DNA of 64,000 bases from Macrostomum hystrix (GCA_950097015.1 CATNEN010000010.1:1054001-1118000), one strand, 5' to 3'; positions 11,510 to 24,600 are shown, numbered from the stretch's first letter. Program-made: numbers and translations. Notes: generated by a model not told the origin, from the sequence alone.

Positions 11510-13960
11510 ATGATTCAAACGCTGGTTTAGCCATGATTCATACTATGGTTTAGCCATGATTCAGACGCTGGTTTAGCCATGATTCAGACTCTGGTTTAGC
11601 CATGATTCAGACTCTGGTTTAGCCATGATGCAAACTCTGGTTTAGCCATGATTCAGACCCTGGTTTAGCCATGATTCAAACTCTGGTTTAGCCATGATTC
11701 GGACTCTGGTTTAGCCATGATTCAGACTCTGGTTTAGCCATGATTCAGACTCTGGTTTAGCCATGATTTTAACTCTGGTTTAGCCATGATTTTAACTCTG
11801 GTTTAGCCATGATTCAAACTCTGGTTTAGCCATGATTCAGACGCTGGTTTAGCTATGATTTAAACTCTGTTTTAGCCATGATTCAGACTCTGGTTTTGCC
11901 ATGATTCAGACTCTGGTTTAGCCATGATTCAGACTCTGGTTTAGCCATGATTCAGACTCTGGTTTAGCCATGATTCAGACCCTGGTTTAGCCATTATTCA
12001 AACTCTGGTTTAGCCATGATTCAGACTCTGGTTTTGCCATGATTTAAACTCTGTTTTAGCCATGATTCAGACCCTGGTTTAGCCATGATTCAAACTCTGG
12101 TTTAGCCATGATTCATACTATGGTTTAGCCATGATTCAGACGCTGGTTTAGCCATGATTCAGACTCTGGTTTAGCCATGATTCAGACTCTGGTTTAGCCA
12201 TGATGCAAACTCTGGTTTAGCCATGATTCAGACCCTGGTTTAGCCATGATTCAAACTCTGGTTTAGCCATGATTCGGACTCTGGTTTAGCCATGATTCAG
12301 ACTCTGGTTTAGCCATGATTCAGACTCTGGTTTAGCCATGATTTTAACTCTGGTTTAGCCATGATTTTAACTCTGGTTTAGCCATGATTCAAACTCTGGT
12401 TTAGCCATGATTCAGACGCTGGTTTAGCTATGATTTAAACTCTGTTTTAGCCATGATTCAGACTCTGGTTTTGCCATGATTCAGACTCTGGTTTAGCCAT
12501 GATTCAGACTCTGGTTTAGCCATGATTCAGACTCTGGTTTAGCCATGATTCAGACCCTGGTTTAGCCATTATTCAAACTCTGGTTTAGCCATGATTGAGA
12601 CTCTGGTTTTGCCATGATTTAAACTCTGTTTTAGCCATGATTCAGACCCTGGTTTAGCCATGATTCAAACTCTGGTTTAGCCATGATTCAGACTCTGGTT
12701 TTGCCATTATTCAGACTCTGGTTTAGCCATGATTCAGACTCTGGTTTAGCCATGATTCAGACTCTGGTTTAGCCATGATTCAGACTCTGGTTTTGCCATG
12801 ATTCAAGCTCTGGTTTAGCCATGATTCAGACGCTGGTTTAGCCATGATTCAAGCTCTATTTTTGCCATGATTCAGACTCTGGTTTAGCCATGATTCAGAC
12901 TCTGGTTTAGCCATGATTCAAACTCTGGTTTAGCCATGATTCAGACTCTGGTTTAGCCATGATTCAGACTCTGGTTTAGCCATGATGCAAACTCTGGTTT
13001 AGCCATGATTCAGACCCTGGTTTAGCCATGATTCAGACTCTGGTTTAGCCATGATTCAGACCCTGGTTTAGCCATGATTCAAACTCTGGTTTAGCCATGA
13101 TTCAGACTCTGGTTTAGCCATGATTTTAACTCTGTTTGAGCCATGATTCAGACCCTGGTTTAGCCATGATTCAAACTCTGGTTTAGCCATGATTCAGACT
13201 CTGGTTTTGCCATGATTCAGACTCTGGTTTAGCCATGATTCAGACGCTGGTTTAGCCATGATTCAGATTCAGACTCTGGTTTAGCCATGATTCAAACTCT
13301 GGGTTAGCCATGATTCAAAATCTGGTTTAGCCATGATTCAAACTCTGGTTTAGCCATGATTCAGACTCTGGTTTAGCCATGATTCAAACTCTGGTTTAGC
13401 CATGATTCAGACGCTGGTTTAGCCATGATTCAGACTCTGGTTTAGCCATGATTCAAAGTCTGGGTTAGCCATGATTCAAACTCTGGGTTAGCCATGATTC
13501 AAACTCTGGTTTAGCCATGATTCAAACTCTGGTTTAGCCATGATTCAGACTCTGGTTTAGCCATGATTCAGACTCTGGTTTAGCCATGATTCAAACTCTG
13601 GTTTAGCCATGATTCAGACCCTGATTTAGCCATGATTCAAACTCTGGTTTAGCCATGATTCAGACCCTGGTTTAGCCATGATTCAGACTCCAGTTTAGCC
13701 ATGATTCAGACTCTGGTTTAGCCATGATTCAAGCTCTGGTTTAGCCATGATTCAAACTCTGGTTTAGCCATGATTCAAACTCTGGTTTAGCCATGATTCA
13801 GACCCTGATTTAGCCATGATTCAAACTCTGGTTTAGCCATGATTCAGACCCTGGTTTAGCCATGATTCAGACTCCAGTTTAGCCATGATTCAGACTCTGG
13901 TTTAGCCATGATTCAAGCTCTATTTTTGCCATGATTCAAACTCAGGTTTGCTATGATTTA
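11510..13960. repeat. 23-bp satellite (CCATGATTCAGACTCTGGTTTAG), ~105 copies, with a 575-bp higher-order duplication
   Basis: Direct reading. Variant monomers recur 575 bp apart (TACTATGG at 11541 and 12116; GATGCAAAC at 11627 and 12202). Confidence 0.97.
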
Positions 13961-14429
13961 TGATATTTTATTTACGAAATGAAAAAAAAAATCAAAATAA
14001 TCTTCAATCACTACTGGCTGAAAATTAGTCTAAATGATTTGACGCAGTGCAGAATCGAACCCTAGCCTAGCCTATAACCTATTCCTAGTGCCTACACATC
14101 GGCTATTCCGACTGTTGGTTAGTGGGCGCAAAAATCAGCCTTATAAAATGAATTCTCAAAGTTCGGGCTTTGTACAATGAAGTAAGAAAATAGAGTACAC
14201 TCAGTCTCGCGGTTGGTTGTGTACATTTATTTCCAATTTGTCTCCAGAGTGCAGGCTTCAAATTCAATCAGCTAGGGGTTGTTGCGCAATTTGACGATGC
14301 AATTCTAATTCAGTGGCAGTGAGTAAAATTCTCAATAGGCCAAGATGGTTTGACCTTTGAAAAAATCATGTTTTTCGAATATTTAATCCCCTTAGCAATA
14401 AAGTTAAGCTTAATAAAAATACGTGTATA

Positions 14430-14535
14430 ATTGTCCCCATATTTGGCATGTTTTGGTGAAGAAATGGTGAAAATCGGTTGAGCCGTTCGGGAGAAAATCA
14501 ATTACAACCAACCAACCATTTCATTTTTAGTATAG
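14430..14535 (+). mobile_element. Possible 3' end of a non-autonomous Helitron/Helentron-like element
   Basis: AAAATCGGTTGAGCCGTT, then an (ACCA)n microsatellite, then TTTTAGTATAG. This order resembles invertebrate non-autonomous Helitron ends; recognised by resemblance only. Confidence 0.35.
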
Positions 14536-16582
14536 TGGACGTAAACAGTCAGAGCTCCACGCTCCTGAGAACAGCGATATATATTTTATGCGACGGCACG
14601 TTGGGTGTAAGGATTAGGGGGTGATAAAATCGAGCGAACAATGATTTGAAAGTCAGCCAGTTAACCAAACGGCTGCCAGCGCGGTGTACTCAGCGTACGC
14701 GCGCTGGCTGCACATGGCTGCACCGCACAATGAAATGATATTCAGCCAGTTAACAGACAGCTGCCAGCGCGGTGTACTCAGCGTATACGCGCTGGCTGCA
14801 AGTCACTACATAACACATATTTTATCCATCTCTTAATGCTTCAGATATGATGTAACAGCTCTCACCCAGTACTCAAAGCGTCTTCCAAACGATGCCGAAT
14901 CAGTGCTTCGAAACAGAACTTGCGTCTGCGAGGGCTACGCTCGCCTAATGCAAAAACTCTGCCAGTAAGTGGTAACAGTTTCAATTGGTATGCGCTGAAA
15001 GTTTACATATTCAAGTCTCACCGCGAGACTGTAAAATGAGCCATGTTGAGCATATTTAACTCCCAAAGGTCGGCAACCTCCGGCCTGCAAGCCAGAACGC
15101 CCACAAAGCTTATTCGAACCCTTTCAACATGTATTATTTGTTGTTGCATCTCTCCCTGCCTCATCTTTCCCTGTCTTATCTCTCACGCTCTCATCCTTTC
15201 CTGTATCAGCGCTTTTAATTTATCTCGCGCTAAGAAAAATGATGAAACGGCAGTCATTCTTACAGTGAGCACCCGCATTTTTAGGCTCATGAACGTAGAG
15301 TGCGAGTTTATCATCGAATTCTCGAGGGGTGATAGCAGCGACTCGGCGAACTTCAAGATCAACGAGTTCCACGCGCGGAATGCAGTCATGCTTAATGAAG
15401 AATGGAGACTCGTAGAATGCACCTGGGGCTCCGGATATGTTGAGGGCGGCAGCAAATTCTTGAGAAAGGAGACCGGCCTTTTCTTCCTGACCGACCCGAC
15501 AGTCTTCATCGAGGACCACCTACCCTGCATCGATAGAAACCTCGAGGCAAGTAAGAAGTGGCAGCTACTGGATGACCGAATCGACTTTCACACCTTCGTT
15601 GAGCGACCAAGTTGGAGAAGAGTATGCTTTGAGCACGAGGTTGAGCTCGTGTTTCATTCTAAGCAAGCTCTCATTGAAGTTAGAGATGGTGAAGTAGCAC
15701 TGAAGTTCAGAGGAACAGGAAAGCCGCTAGCAATTTTCAAGGCCAAATACGTGAATCCAATCACGGGTGAGAAATTCGGCAGCGGAAAGTACATTGCGAC
15801 TGTATTGAACCGTTTAACTAACGAGGCGACTGTTACGGCAAGGCCACCGACCACTGACGACGAGTGGGAGCTGCCGGTGTTTGGTACCACGGTAGAAAAT
15901 GCCACAAAGAGTGACTGCCTGGTGTCATATCGACTCCATTCGGTCGCCTTCTCTAACGGCTCAGACTTTCCAGACCTGGATGCACATTTGCGTATGTAGT
16001 CACGTGTGCTTAGTGACACCATAATTCTTTCTGTCAAGCATTAAGAGCTCACTGTGTAAAACTTGAATTATTCTCGTATTTTCAAATTTTCCCGTTATAA
16101 AAGTGATAGTTGCACTTTATTTTTTGTACTTTTTTCAAATTCAATTTTCACTGTAGTTTATTGCCAGAAAAATTTGCACAAAATCTGGACACTGGGAGTT
16201 TTCGCAAGCGTTGCAAAGTTTTCAACGTCTACGCTCGTAAAAATTAAATTTCTGCAAAAACTGTTTGAGGATCAGATTACTATTTAAAACCATATGTCGT
16301 TTCATGCCGTTAAAATATGGAAGAATTTAAAGTTTTTTATTTAGCTCATTGCTATGGAAGCAATGCAATAGTACATATATGCGTACTTCAGTGGGCAGTA
16401 GCATTGTGACTATTTATAGCGCTTGTACTGAAAATGTCTGCATTCAATGGTGTAGTCAGAAAACTAGCTACAATTATGTACGCTGTCGTTCAAAGGCAAT
16501 CAACGCAATTTCTACCAAGGAAAATTTTTCTCTAAAGCGGTATAGTGTCAGTCAAGGCTGAGCACAGCACAGGTAAAGCAAC

Positions 16583-19100
16583 ATGGGTTGTGCTCCAAGC
16601 AAACAGAAGCTCGGACCGCATGAACATGCATCGGTCGGGTCCAAGTTGTTTGATTCACTCCGGCCAGCAGCTACTGGCAATGTTCTATTGCAGGGGCATT
16701 GCAGAGCCATGGATTTCTCTCTGTTAGAGCACGTCGATGAGCATGCTAGCAAGGTAAGTTCGGTCTGTGAGAGTAAGCCCAAGATATCCCGAAGATATGC
16801 CACATTAGGTTCGAACTAATTTAAAAAACAAAAAATACAGTCTTAGATCTCTGGCAATTCTTGGCATAAATTGTCATTGAGAACTGATGAGATCAAAATA
16901 TATTATAGAAAACAACGATAGTAATAATATTAACTAATAATATTCGCAGTAGGGCTGCGGGCGATGCCACATCATTTGGTAACACTAGACCCGCAGCCAG
17001 CGAGGAGGCAATTCTGCCCATTTCACTGACTCCTGAGCACACACGCACACAGATACTGTACACAGGCATACGCTCACACAGGTTTGTACACCTGCTATGA
17101 ATTTCTCATCGTCAGGCAGTGCACACTCCCACTGTGCCTTGGAGGTTGGTCCTCAAGGGCGTAAATTGCAAGACAAGCCCCCAAGCCTTGTCTCCGCGGC
17201 TGCGCCATAAATGAATGTGGCGTCGCCGCGGAATCGAGCTCAGGGACCTTGGTGCGAGAGGCGAACGCGTTAACCGCTCTGCCACCGACCCCCCAAACAA
17301 CTAAAGTGTTTTTTGTTTAAAAAATGTCACAGCAGGCTACTTGCCAATATGCAAAGATACTTTGTTATTCCCACTGGGACGCATGACAGGCACCACCTGC
17401 GGCCACTCTGTCGCTTCAGTCGCTTGCTGAATACCTAAGCCTACCGACCTACAGCGACTTGGAGAAGGTTCGAGCTGCTTATTGGTGGATCACCGCCAAT
17501 ATCAGGCAAGCTTTGGCATGCAAGCTTTCTTTCTTAATTTTCTACCTATTAACAATTTATTCAACTCATTTAGCTACGATGCTCAAGGCTACTTTGGCTC
17601 GAGAGTAAAGCAACCGAATGATGCCAACGCGGTGTTAGCACTAAAAACCAGTGTTTGTGACGGATACGCCAATTTGCTTCGCAGTCTCTGCTCGTGAGTT
17701 AGCCATTATCAGTTCATTATGCTTAAATCTGCCAAATCGGGCTGCTGCACCTATCACTGCTTTGCAGACACATTGGCATTGAATGCCGGACTATCAGCGG
17801 CTACTGCAAAGGTTTCACCTACGACCCACTGAAGCCATTGACAGTTGAAACAGCCACGAATCATTCATGGAATGTTGTGAGGCTGAATGGTAATTGGAGA
17901 CCAGTTGACTGTACCTGGGGTGCTGGCTTCTTGAATAACAAAAAGGAGTTTGTGCGAATGCAGACCGACTTTTACTTCCTCACCAATCCCGGGGTCTTCA
18001 TCGAGGATCACTTTCCGTGGATGAACTCCAGCGTGAGTGAGAGCAGCGAGTGGCAGCTGCTCGAGACTCCTATCCGTCTGAATGATTTTCACAGTCGAGT
18101 AAAGCGCCAAAAGGCCTGTTTTGAGCATCAAATTGAACTCGTGTCTCACAAGCAGGCTGTCATCGATGCGGATGGTGAAGTCACGCTGAAGTTTCGAGGA
18201 GTTGCAAAGCAGCTAACTGGATTCTGCGCCGATCTCGCCGACATCAATGCGAATGACAGAGCTGCCAGCAGGTGTCGCGTGGTCACTATCCTGGACCGCT
18301 GCAACAATGAGGCCACTGTGACGGCAAGACCGCCTGCTGGATCCGAATATTCGAAACTTCGGATCTACGGTGCCACAGATGAAAAGTCTTCAGTCTCTGA
18401 CATGCTTGTTTCTTATATTTTACGTCAATCCAAAAACAGGAAAGAATTACATGATTTCCCGAACTTTAGTAGCTACTATGGATTGCACAAAGACCCTGTG
18501 GAACACGGCTTCACTAAGGACTTCTCCAGTGAGCTGGGCTTCTGGATTAAGTCGAGATCGGGAGTGCTTGAGCTGAGATTTCCGCTCAGCAACGCTTCGG
18601 CGTCCGTGTCAATTCAGTTCACATCTGCGGCAGGGATCCAGTTGCAGCAGTTCTGTCTCTTGGAAGTGTCCGGTGACATTGTTCATGTCAGCATTCGAAT
18701 GAACCAGGCCGGGTTTTATCAGTTGGAGCTTTTCAGCAGTAAGTCGAGCAGCAGAGATCCCGGGTTGTTTTGGCTGGCCAGCTTCCTGATCGAGTGCCAG
18801 CAGCCGATGAAGCGACTACTCCCATTCCCCGTGTCCTATGCCTCGGCTCTGGAGCAGCGCGTCATACTGGAGCAGCCGAGGGATGGCGAGTTGCCATCTT
18901 GCGAGGAGGTCCGCATTCGGCTGAGATCACCCACGATAAAGAAGCTGTTGGTTCAAAGCTCCACGTTCGATGAGATTAGCGAGGGCCTGTTTGACTTCAC
19001 GGTGCAAACAGGCCCAACAGGTGGCGAGTTGTGCATTTTTGGAGCCACAGACTGCAGGGCGAAGTCATTCAGTGCGCTTCACAAGTTCAAGATTGTGTGA
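16583..19100 (+). CDS. KY/hillarin-like transglutaminase-family peptidase paralog C (~579 aa, intact Cys-His-Asp triad)
   Basis: Exons 16583-16753 (MGCAPS), 17390-17505 (116 nt, SDLEKVRAAYWWITANI; GC donor), 17574-17693 (120 nt, SVCDGYA) and 17768-19100 (HSWNVVRL, PVDCTWGAG). The frame is continuous. Confidence 0.92.
16922..17294 (-). mobile_element. tRNA-derived SINE, copy 3, in intron 1 of paralog C
   Basis: The reverse complement matches copy 1 (TGGCAGAGCGG A box, GAGCTCGATTCC) and has a degenerate ATT tail. Confidence 0.85.
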
Positions 19101-19148
19101 GCAGTGCTCCAGCACAAGCTGCTGGGACGCCTTCAACTTTTCTGGAAC

Positions 19149-20740
19149 TTAAACTATAATTAGACTTCGGAATTAGACCACAGAATGAGACCAATTCCCG
19201 TTGATTATTGTAATACTATAGCATGGTTTCCGAGGTCTTTAATGTCATGGCCGAGGGCGCGAAGCGCTTCAATCTGCTACATATTGAATACGGAGACATA
19301 GTTGGACTGACGAAGGACGAGATAGCCGCACGCATGGAAGCTGACAACGCTCTATTTGCTCTAGAAATGGACGCAGATAGAATAGAAGAGATGGCGGCTG
19401 CATTCGCTGCGAGAATTGATGATAATACGCTTGCCGAACTGCTAGATGCAAAAGAGCCTCGAAACGAAGATAACGAGGCTCTAATGCAAGATCTTGATTT
19501 GGTTGAGAAAAAAACTGAACCACCAAGTGCGAGTCTGCAAGAAAAATGGGCTCTGGAAAAAATTTATTCGACCATGGAGTCCTTTCAACTTGAAGTCTAC
19601 ATTAAGACCTGCATGCACAGAGGAGCGATTGGCGGCCTGTATCCGGATTGCGTATGGAACTATCAAGCGCTCTGACGGTGGGTACTATGCACCTGCTACT
19701 TTGCGCTGTTTCCGGGCCGGTTTGTATCGCTGGCTGCTTCGGAGGCGTGGAGTGGATATCATATCTAACCAGCTGTTCATATCTAAAGCGAACAATATGT
19801 TAAAAGTTGCTGCTAAACTGTTTCTGGAGAACGGCGGAGAAGTAAAGAGATTCAGCTCCATAGAAGACGATGATCTAGCTAAGCTTCGAAAGTATTTCGA
19901 TCCGAGCACACCAGCAAAGTTACAGCATGAGTTCTATTACAATATGATGACTCATTTCGGGCTGCGTGCGAGAGATTGGCTTCGACGCCTAACAGTTGAG
20001 TCGTTCGAAGAGATTATCACTGCATCTGGGCGAGAGGCCATCAAGTTGCGGCCGATGGCTACAAAGACTGATGGAGGACACTTGGAAAATGCTGCAAAAA
20101 TACTAAACAGGTGCTGATGGTTTCTACCGGCTTACCTGACTGCCCTGTGGGCTGCTTCAATGACTACATGGAAAGGATCGCGAATGCTAAGAACCGAGAA
20201 GGTGTCGTGAACAGCATCGTCTCATTCGGCCGAGGGCTAAGCCTAACGCAGACTCGTGGTATTTTGCCAAGCAGCCGGTTGGACACAATACGCTGGGATC
20301 AATGATGCAGACAATATCTGAGAAGGCTGGACTGTCTAGAAAGTATGCGCCTCATTGCATCAGAGCAACGGTCGTGACGGAGCTGCACAACGCCGGTTTT
20401 TCGCTGGAAGACGTCGGCCATGTGACGGGACATCGTTCGGTTGTGTCAACCCAGCGGTACATAAGATACTCAAAGAAGAAGGAGTCCCAACTGGCATGCG
20501 TTTCGGATGCATTAAGTCGGGCTGGATGTGAACATAAAGTAAGTTCAGCTTCAACCACCAATCTCTCAACTTGCAGTTCTAGTTCTAGTGGCGGCTTTAG
20601 TGGTACGTTCACCGGCTGCACATTCAACATTTTTCATAAGTGACATTTTGATATTTTGCATGACATTTACGGAAAATAACCTGTTTTACTTGTTAGAAAT
20701 AATGTCATTTGTTTTCAATATAGACTTGCTTATAGCTTAA
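19149..20740 (+). mobile_element. Crypton-type DNA transposon encoding a tyrosine recombinase (DUF3504-like), ORF split by ~3 frameshifts
   Basis: ORFs 19223-19675, 19494-20117, 20111-20305 and 20302-20643 together give DGGYYAPATLRCFRAGLYRWL, FGLR, ATKT, CPVGCF, HCIRAT, TGH and QRY, i.e. the R-K-HxxR-H-Y catalytic set. Candidate ends are TTAAACTATAA (19149-19159) and TTATAGCTTAA (20730-20740), a 10/11 inverted repeat. Confidence 0.85.
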
Positions 20741-21611
20741 CGACCATAGACATTTTGAGTTTAACCCATTTTTTAGATTTCCCTAGGGAAATCCCAGGGA
20801 CGCGAAAGACCGCTTTTATCGTACTACAATGAGCTGCTTAACGTGCTAAACCTATATTTTTATTATACTAATATCTGGAATAGACGATGAAATCTGCGTC
20901 CATCAAGAAATCCCTCCTAAATTATTTGCATTTTAAGAGATCCTTGTCTAAAGACGCAGTGATCTTTATTAAATACGAGCTTCAAAGTTCTTTCTCATTT
21001 CCGAAATTCCAAGAATAATGCCTCACTGGGACAGTAGTTCGTATTGAGCTCGATAGCAATTCATTTGGCAAGTTATTATAGGAAATAGCCAAGGAGTTCT
21101 AAAGATGCTATCTCCAGAACTCCTTGGATTTAGCTAACACTTATTAGGAACGCAAATTACGAGTAGGAGAAAGTGAATAAAGCCGATCTGAAAATAGTCT
21201 GAGAACTGTTTCCTTAAACATAAAGTAGCCAATTGTCACAGCAAAAACTGCTGTCAACGCACAATTCTGTGCTCATTGCCATTCTCGTGTATTTAAATTG
21301 CAATAAATTAATGGTTCTTTCGCGATTTGGTAAATATAAAAAAGTTAACATTTGATGTATTGCATTTATTTCACGTATCATTAAAGGCTTCGTAGCTATT
21401 GCTACTGTTCTCCTGCCAAGGTATTTGTTGGAAGCCTTATCCCCAATAATTTATACTGTAGCTTGTCGGACAGCCTGAATAAAAATTGAAGCAAAGACAT
21501 AAAAAGAGTTTAAATGATTAACAATTAAGCGTAAGGAATTAGGTTGAAAGCTCGTCAACCTGTTCACTGCATGTCCTAATCGCATTGTTATGACGCGAAA
21601 GACAGCTCAGC

Positions 21612-24600
21612 TCATTGTCTTTCACCCAGAGCGGCCTGCAGCTCCTTAGTTGTAGCCTCGAAGATTATGCTGGTCTCTTCAACGAACTCAACAGCCATGT
21701 GCGCAATCTCCACTGCACAGCTGGAATCGCAGCCTAGAGCTTCGGTGATTTTCGGGACAAAATTCGCCAAGGGCTCTTGGTTGCGGTTATCGTGCTTGAC
21801 ACAGTTGACCACATCCTGCCAGGCCACGAGCCACCCAAACGGTTTCTGGTCGCGAAATACTTTGCACTCGCGAATGCTCAGCAGATCTCTGACTGCTGCG
21901 ACTCGTTGCTGAAGCTCTTCAGCAACGCATTTCTTTGTCTGAAGTGTCTTTTCCAGCTTGACTTTAATCAGTCTTGCTCGTTCTTCGTGTGATTTTCCAT
22001 TTAGAGCAGATATCATCACTTTATCATCACAATTCTTCACAAAATTGAAGCCATATGGAAAGTATCTCAAGTCAATCCCCTTTTCAAAACATTCACCTCC
22101 CACAGAATTAATCAACTTTGACCACAAGCCATCCATGCAATTCTTGGCCTCCACTAGAGTCTGAATGATGGCTTTGTTTCTATCTTCTTCATGGTCTTGT
22201 CCTTGCTGTTCAAGGTGCTGCAGGTTCAGCGTGCATTTTTGCAGTTCTGTACTGTTTTGCCACTGGTGGTTGCACTTAAAATGGCTTTCGCCTGAAGCAA
22301 TGTGGATCAGGGCATGCAACTCATATGATTGCTTGCTATGCAGCCAAGGTACAGTCTGCACCGTCTGATCTGCATCTGCCGGAGAGTACTTTTGCTGAAT
22401 GACTTCAAGCGGGCGCCGCACTCTGTGCGACAGCCGGTCCTCCAGCAACTGCACGACTGGCTGACACGCCTCTGGACTTTTAAGTCGGATAGCCTCGACG
22501 ATGAGCTTTTCCTTTTCCACTCCATCAGTCAATTCGGCTTGCTTGAGCAGTGCTGAAGACAACAGCGAGCTTCTGCGATCATGGTTGAGAGACAGCTTGC
22601 GAAAGTTGTCCACTGCTGATTTGAACTCTTGACTGCTCATGTGCAGCAGGCCAAGGTGCTCAAACACAAGCTGGTGATTTGTGCCGTCACTGCTTAAAGC
22701 CCTCTGATAGAGATCAGAGATTGATTTTCGTTCTTCTGCAGGAATAGTGTAAGAGTGAAGCAGGTGTTGTCGGAACCAGGCCTCCATTTCTGGCCTCTCA
22801 CTCTTTGAGCGAACACTTTTAAGAGCCTTCCACCTTTGTTCACACTGCATAACAGCCAGAACCATGATCTCAAATCCAGAATCTATATTTCTAGCTTCGC
22901 AACAAATAAAGAAGCCCTTCAAACATTTGCTCACAGCTGCATGCCTCGGGAAATCTCGGTATTTATTTGCCATATTATCAAACTCATTAAGTATAAGTTC
23001 CTCACTGAACTTCTTTGGTCTCTCCACTCGGAACTGCTGAAGACTTACATCAACCCAGAAGTGTCCAGGCTCATAGGAAACTTTCTGTGCTCGGAGCAGT
23101 AGCCTTTCGTACTCATCTTCCGCTTTCTCTCGACTTAATTCTTCGATCGGTCTTTTCAGTGTTTGCTTCGCTAAACGAAAAAGTAGTTCTGAGTTTTGAG
23201 TACGAGGCGCCAGACCTCGCATTATTTCGTAAAGCTCAGATGAATCCGATGTGTCTCTGAGAATTCGAAAGACCTTCTCGCAAGTTAGAGTGATTCGATA
23301 ATACTGCTCCTGGATTTCTGCACTGAAATCCCTCACTGCGTGAATTGTTTCATGGGCGAATTTTCTGCACATCTCTTTCAGATCTCGATTGCACAGAATA
23401 GCCTCGGCATAGTTGATCAGGAACTGGAAGTAGTAAGGCTTTATTTTTGGGAATCGGTTTGGCAATCCCATTTGATTTGCTAGCTCGAGACTTCGCTCCC
23501 ACAGCAGCAGCTCCTTGGAGTCAGCGGGAGCTCTGTTATTCTTGTGCCGACGCAATCGTGAACGAATGTATGCCAGCCGATAGACGCACAGAAAATTGTC
23601 TGGTTGAATGCTTAGGCTTATCATTGCGGCTTCCTCCGCTTCTTTGTACTTGTTGATTCCTTGGTGAAAGAAGGCCAGCGCCTTCATGTGGAACGCGTTG
23701 GCTCTGACTTCGATTCGCGGAGCGTCGCTTCGTTCGTTCCACGCCTCCGCGAGGGCTTTAACACGCTCAGCAAAGTTTGGTGACCTTTTATTCTGCTGCT
23801 CTTCGAGGACTAAAGATATTGCCTCTAAGACAAAGTCACATTTGACTACGTGTTCACCTTCCCTCCGACCACATTCGAATGCGTCCTTCAAATGTTCCTT
23901 TGCTTTACTAAAGTCGATGAATTTCCTTCTATGAGAAGTAGCGGAGTGATATGATGCCAGTAGCCCGTGGTAAGCCGAAGCGAGCATTGGCTCCAGGCTA
24001 ATTCTCTCTGCTACTGTGTCGATCACGTCCTCCGGCAATTTATCTGAGCCTTCGTGCGCGTTCCACTTGAATGGACTCTCAGCATCCTTCAGTTGAAATT
24101 GATCAGTCGAGATTTCCTAAAATGTTTGTGTTTATATTTATGTACATGTTTGCGCGCTACTTAGGCGTTAATAAATGCGCTCTGCTCATCACTGCCGATT
24201 AAGTAAAGTTAAGACTAAAAAATGCTTACACACAGCTGAGGGTTTGAGGGCTTGATTATGTCTTCGAAACGAATTGACGGAGTGTCAGCAGCCCCAGTGA
24301 CAGGCTGTCTATCATGCTGGCCTCGCTTGTCCGCCAGCTTCGCCGCAATTCGCTCAGAACAACTGAAATTTTGGCTGAGCCAATCACTGTATTTGTTTAT
24401 GTACTGGACTATCGCGACCGCCTTCTCCTTTGAGTCGACGCTAATAAAGCCGAAAGATATTCCATTTTTTGAATGAAATGACTTTTTATTTGGTCGCGTG
24501 TCAGTCTGTCTGATGATAAAATCGATAAAATTGCGGCTGTTGTAGTAGGATTTCGGCAAGTTCCAGACGTAAACACAAGTTGGGTCCTTCTCGGCTTCCT

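Larger units (their letters stand above)
9075..15999 (+). pseudogene. KY-like paralog B: divergent, inverted relative of A; exon 1 disrupted and C-terminus truncated
   Basis: MGCHPS at 9075 with an early stop at 9206. Exons 9377-9492 (116 nt, TDLEKVRAIYKWITRSI), 14845-14964 (120 nt, RLPNDAESVLRNRTCVCEGYA) and 15285-15999 (HARNAV instead of HAWNAV). It stops after one Ig-like unit. Confidence 0.8.
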
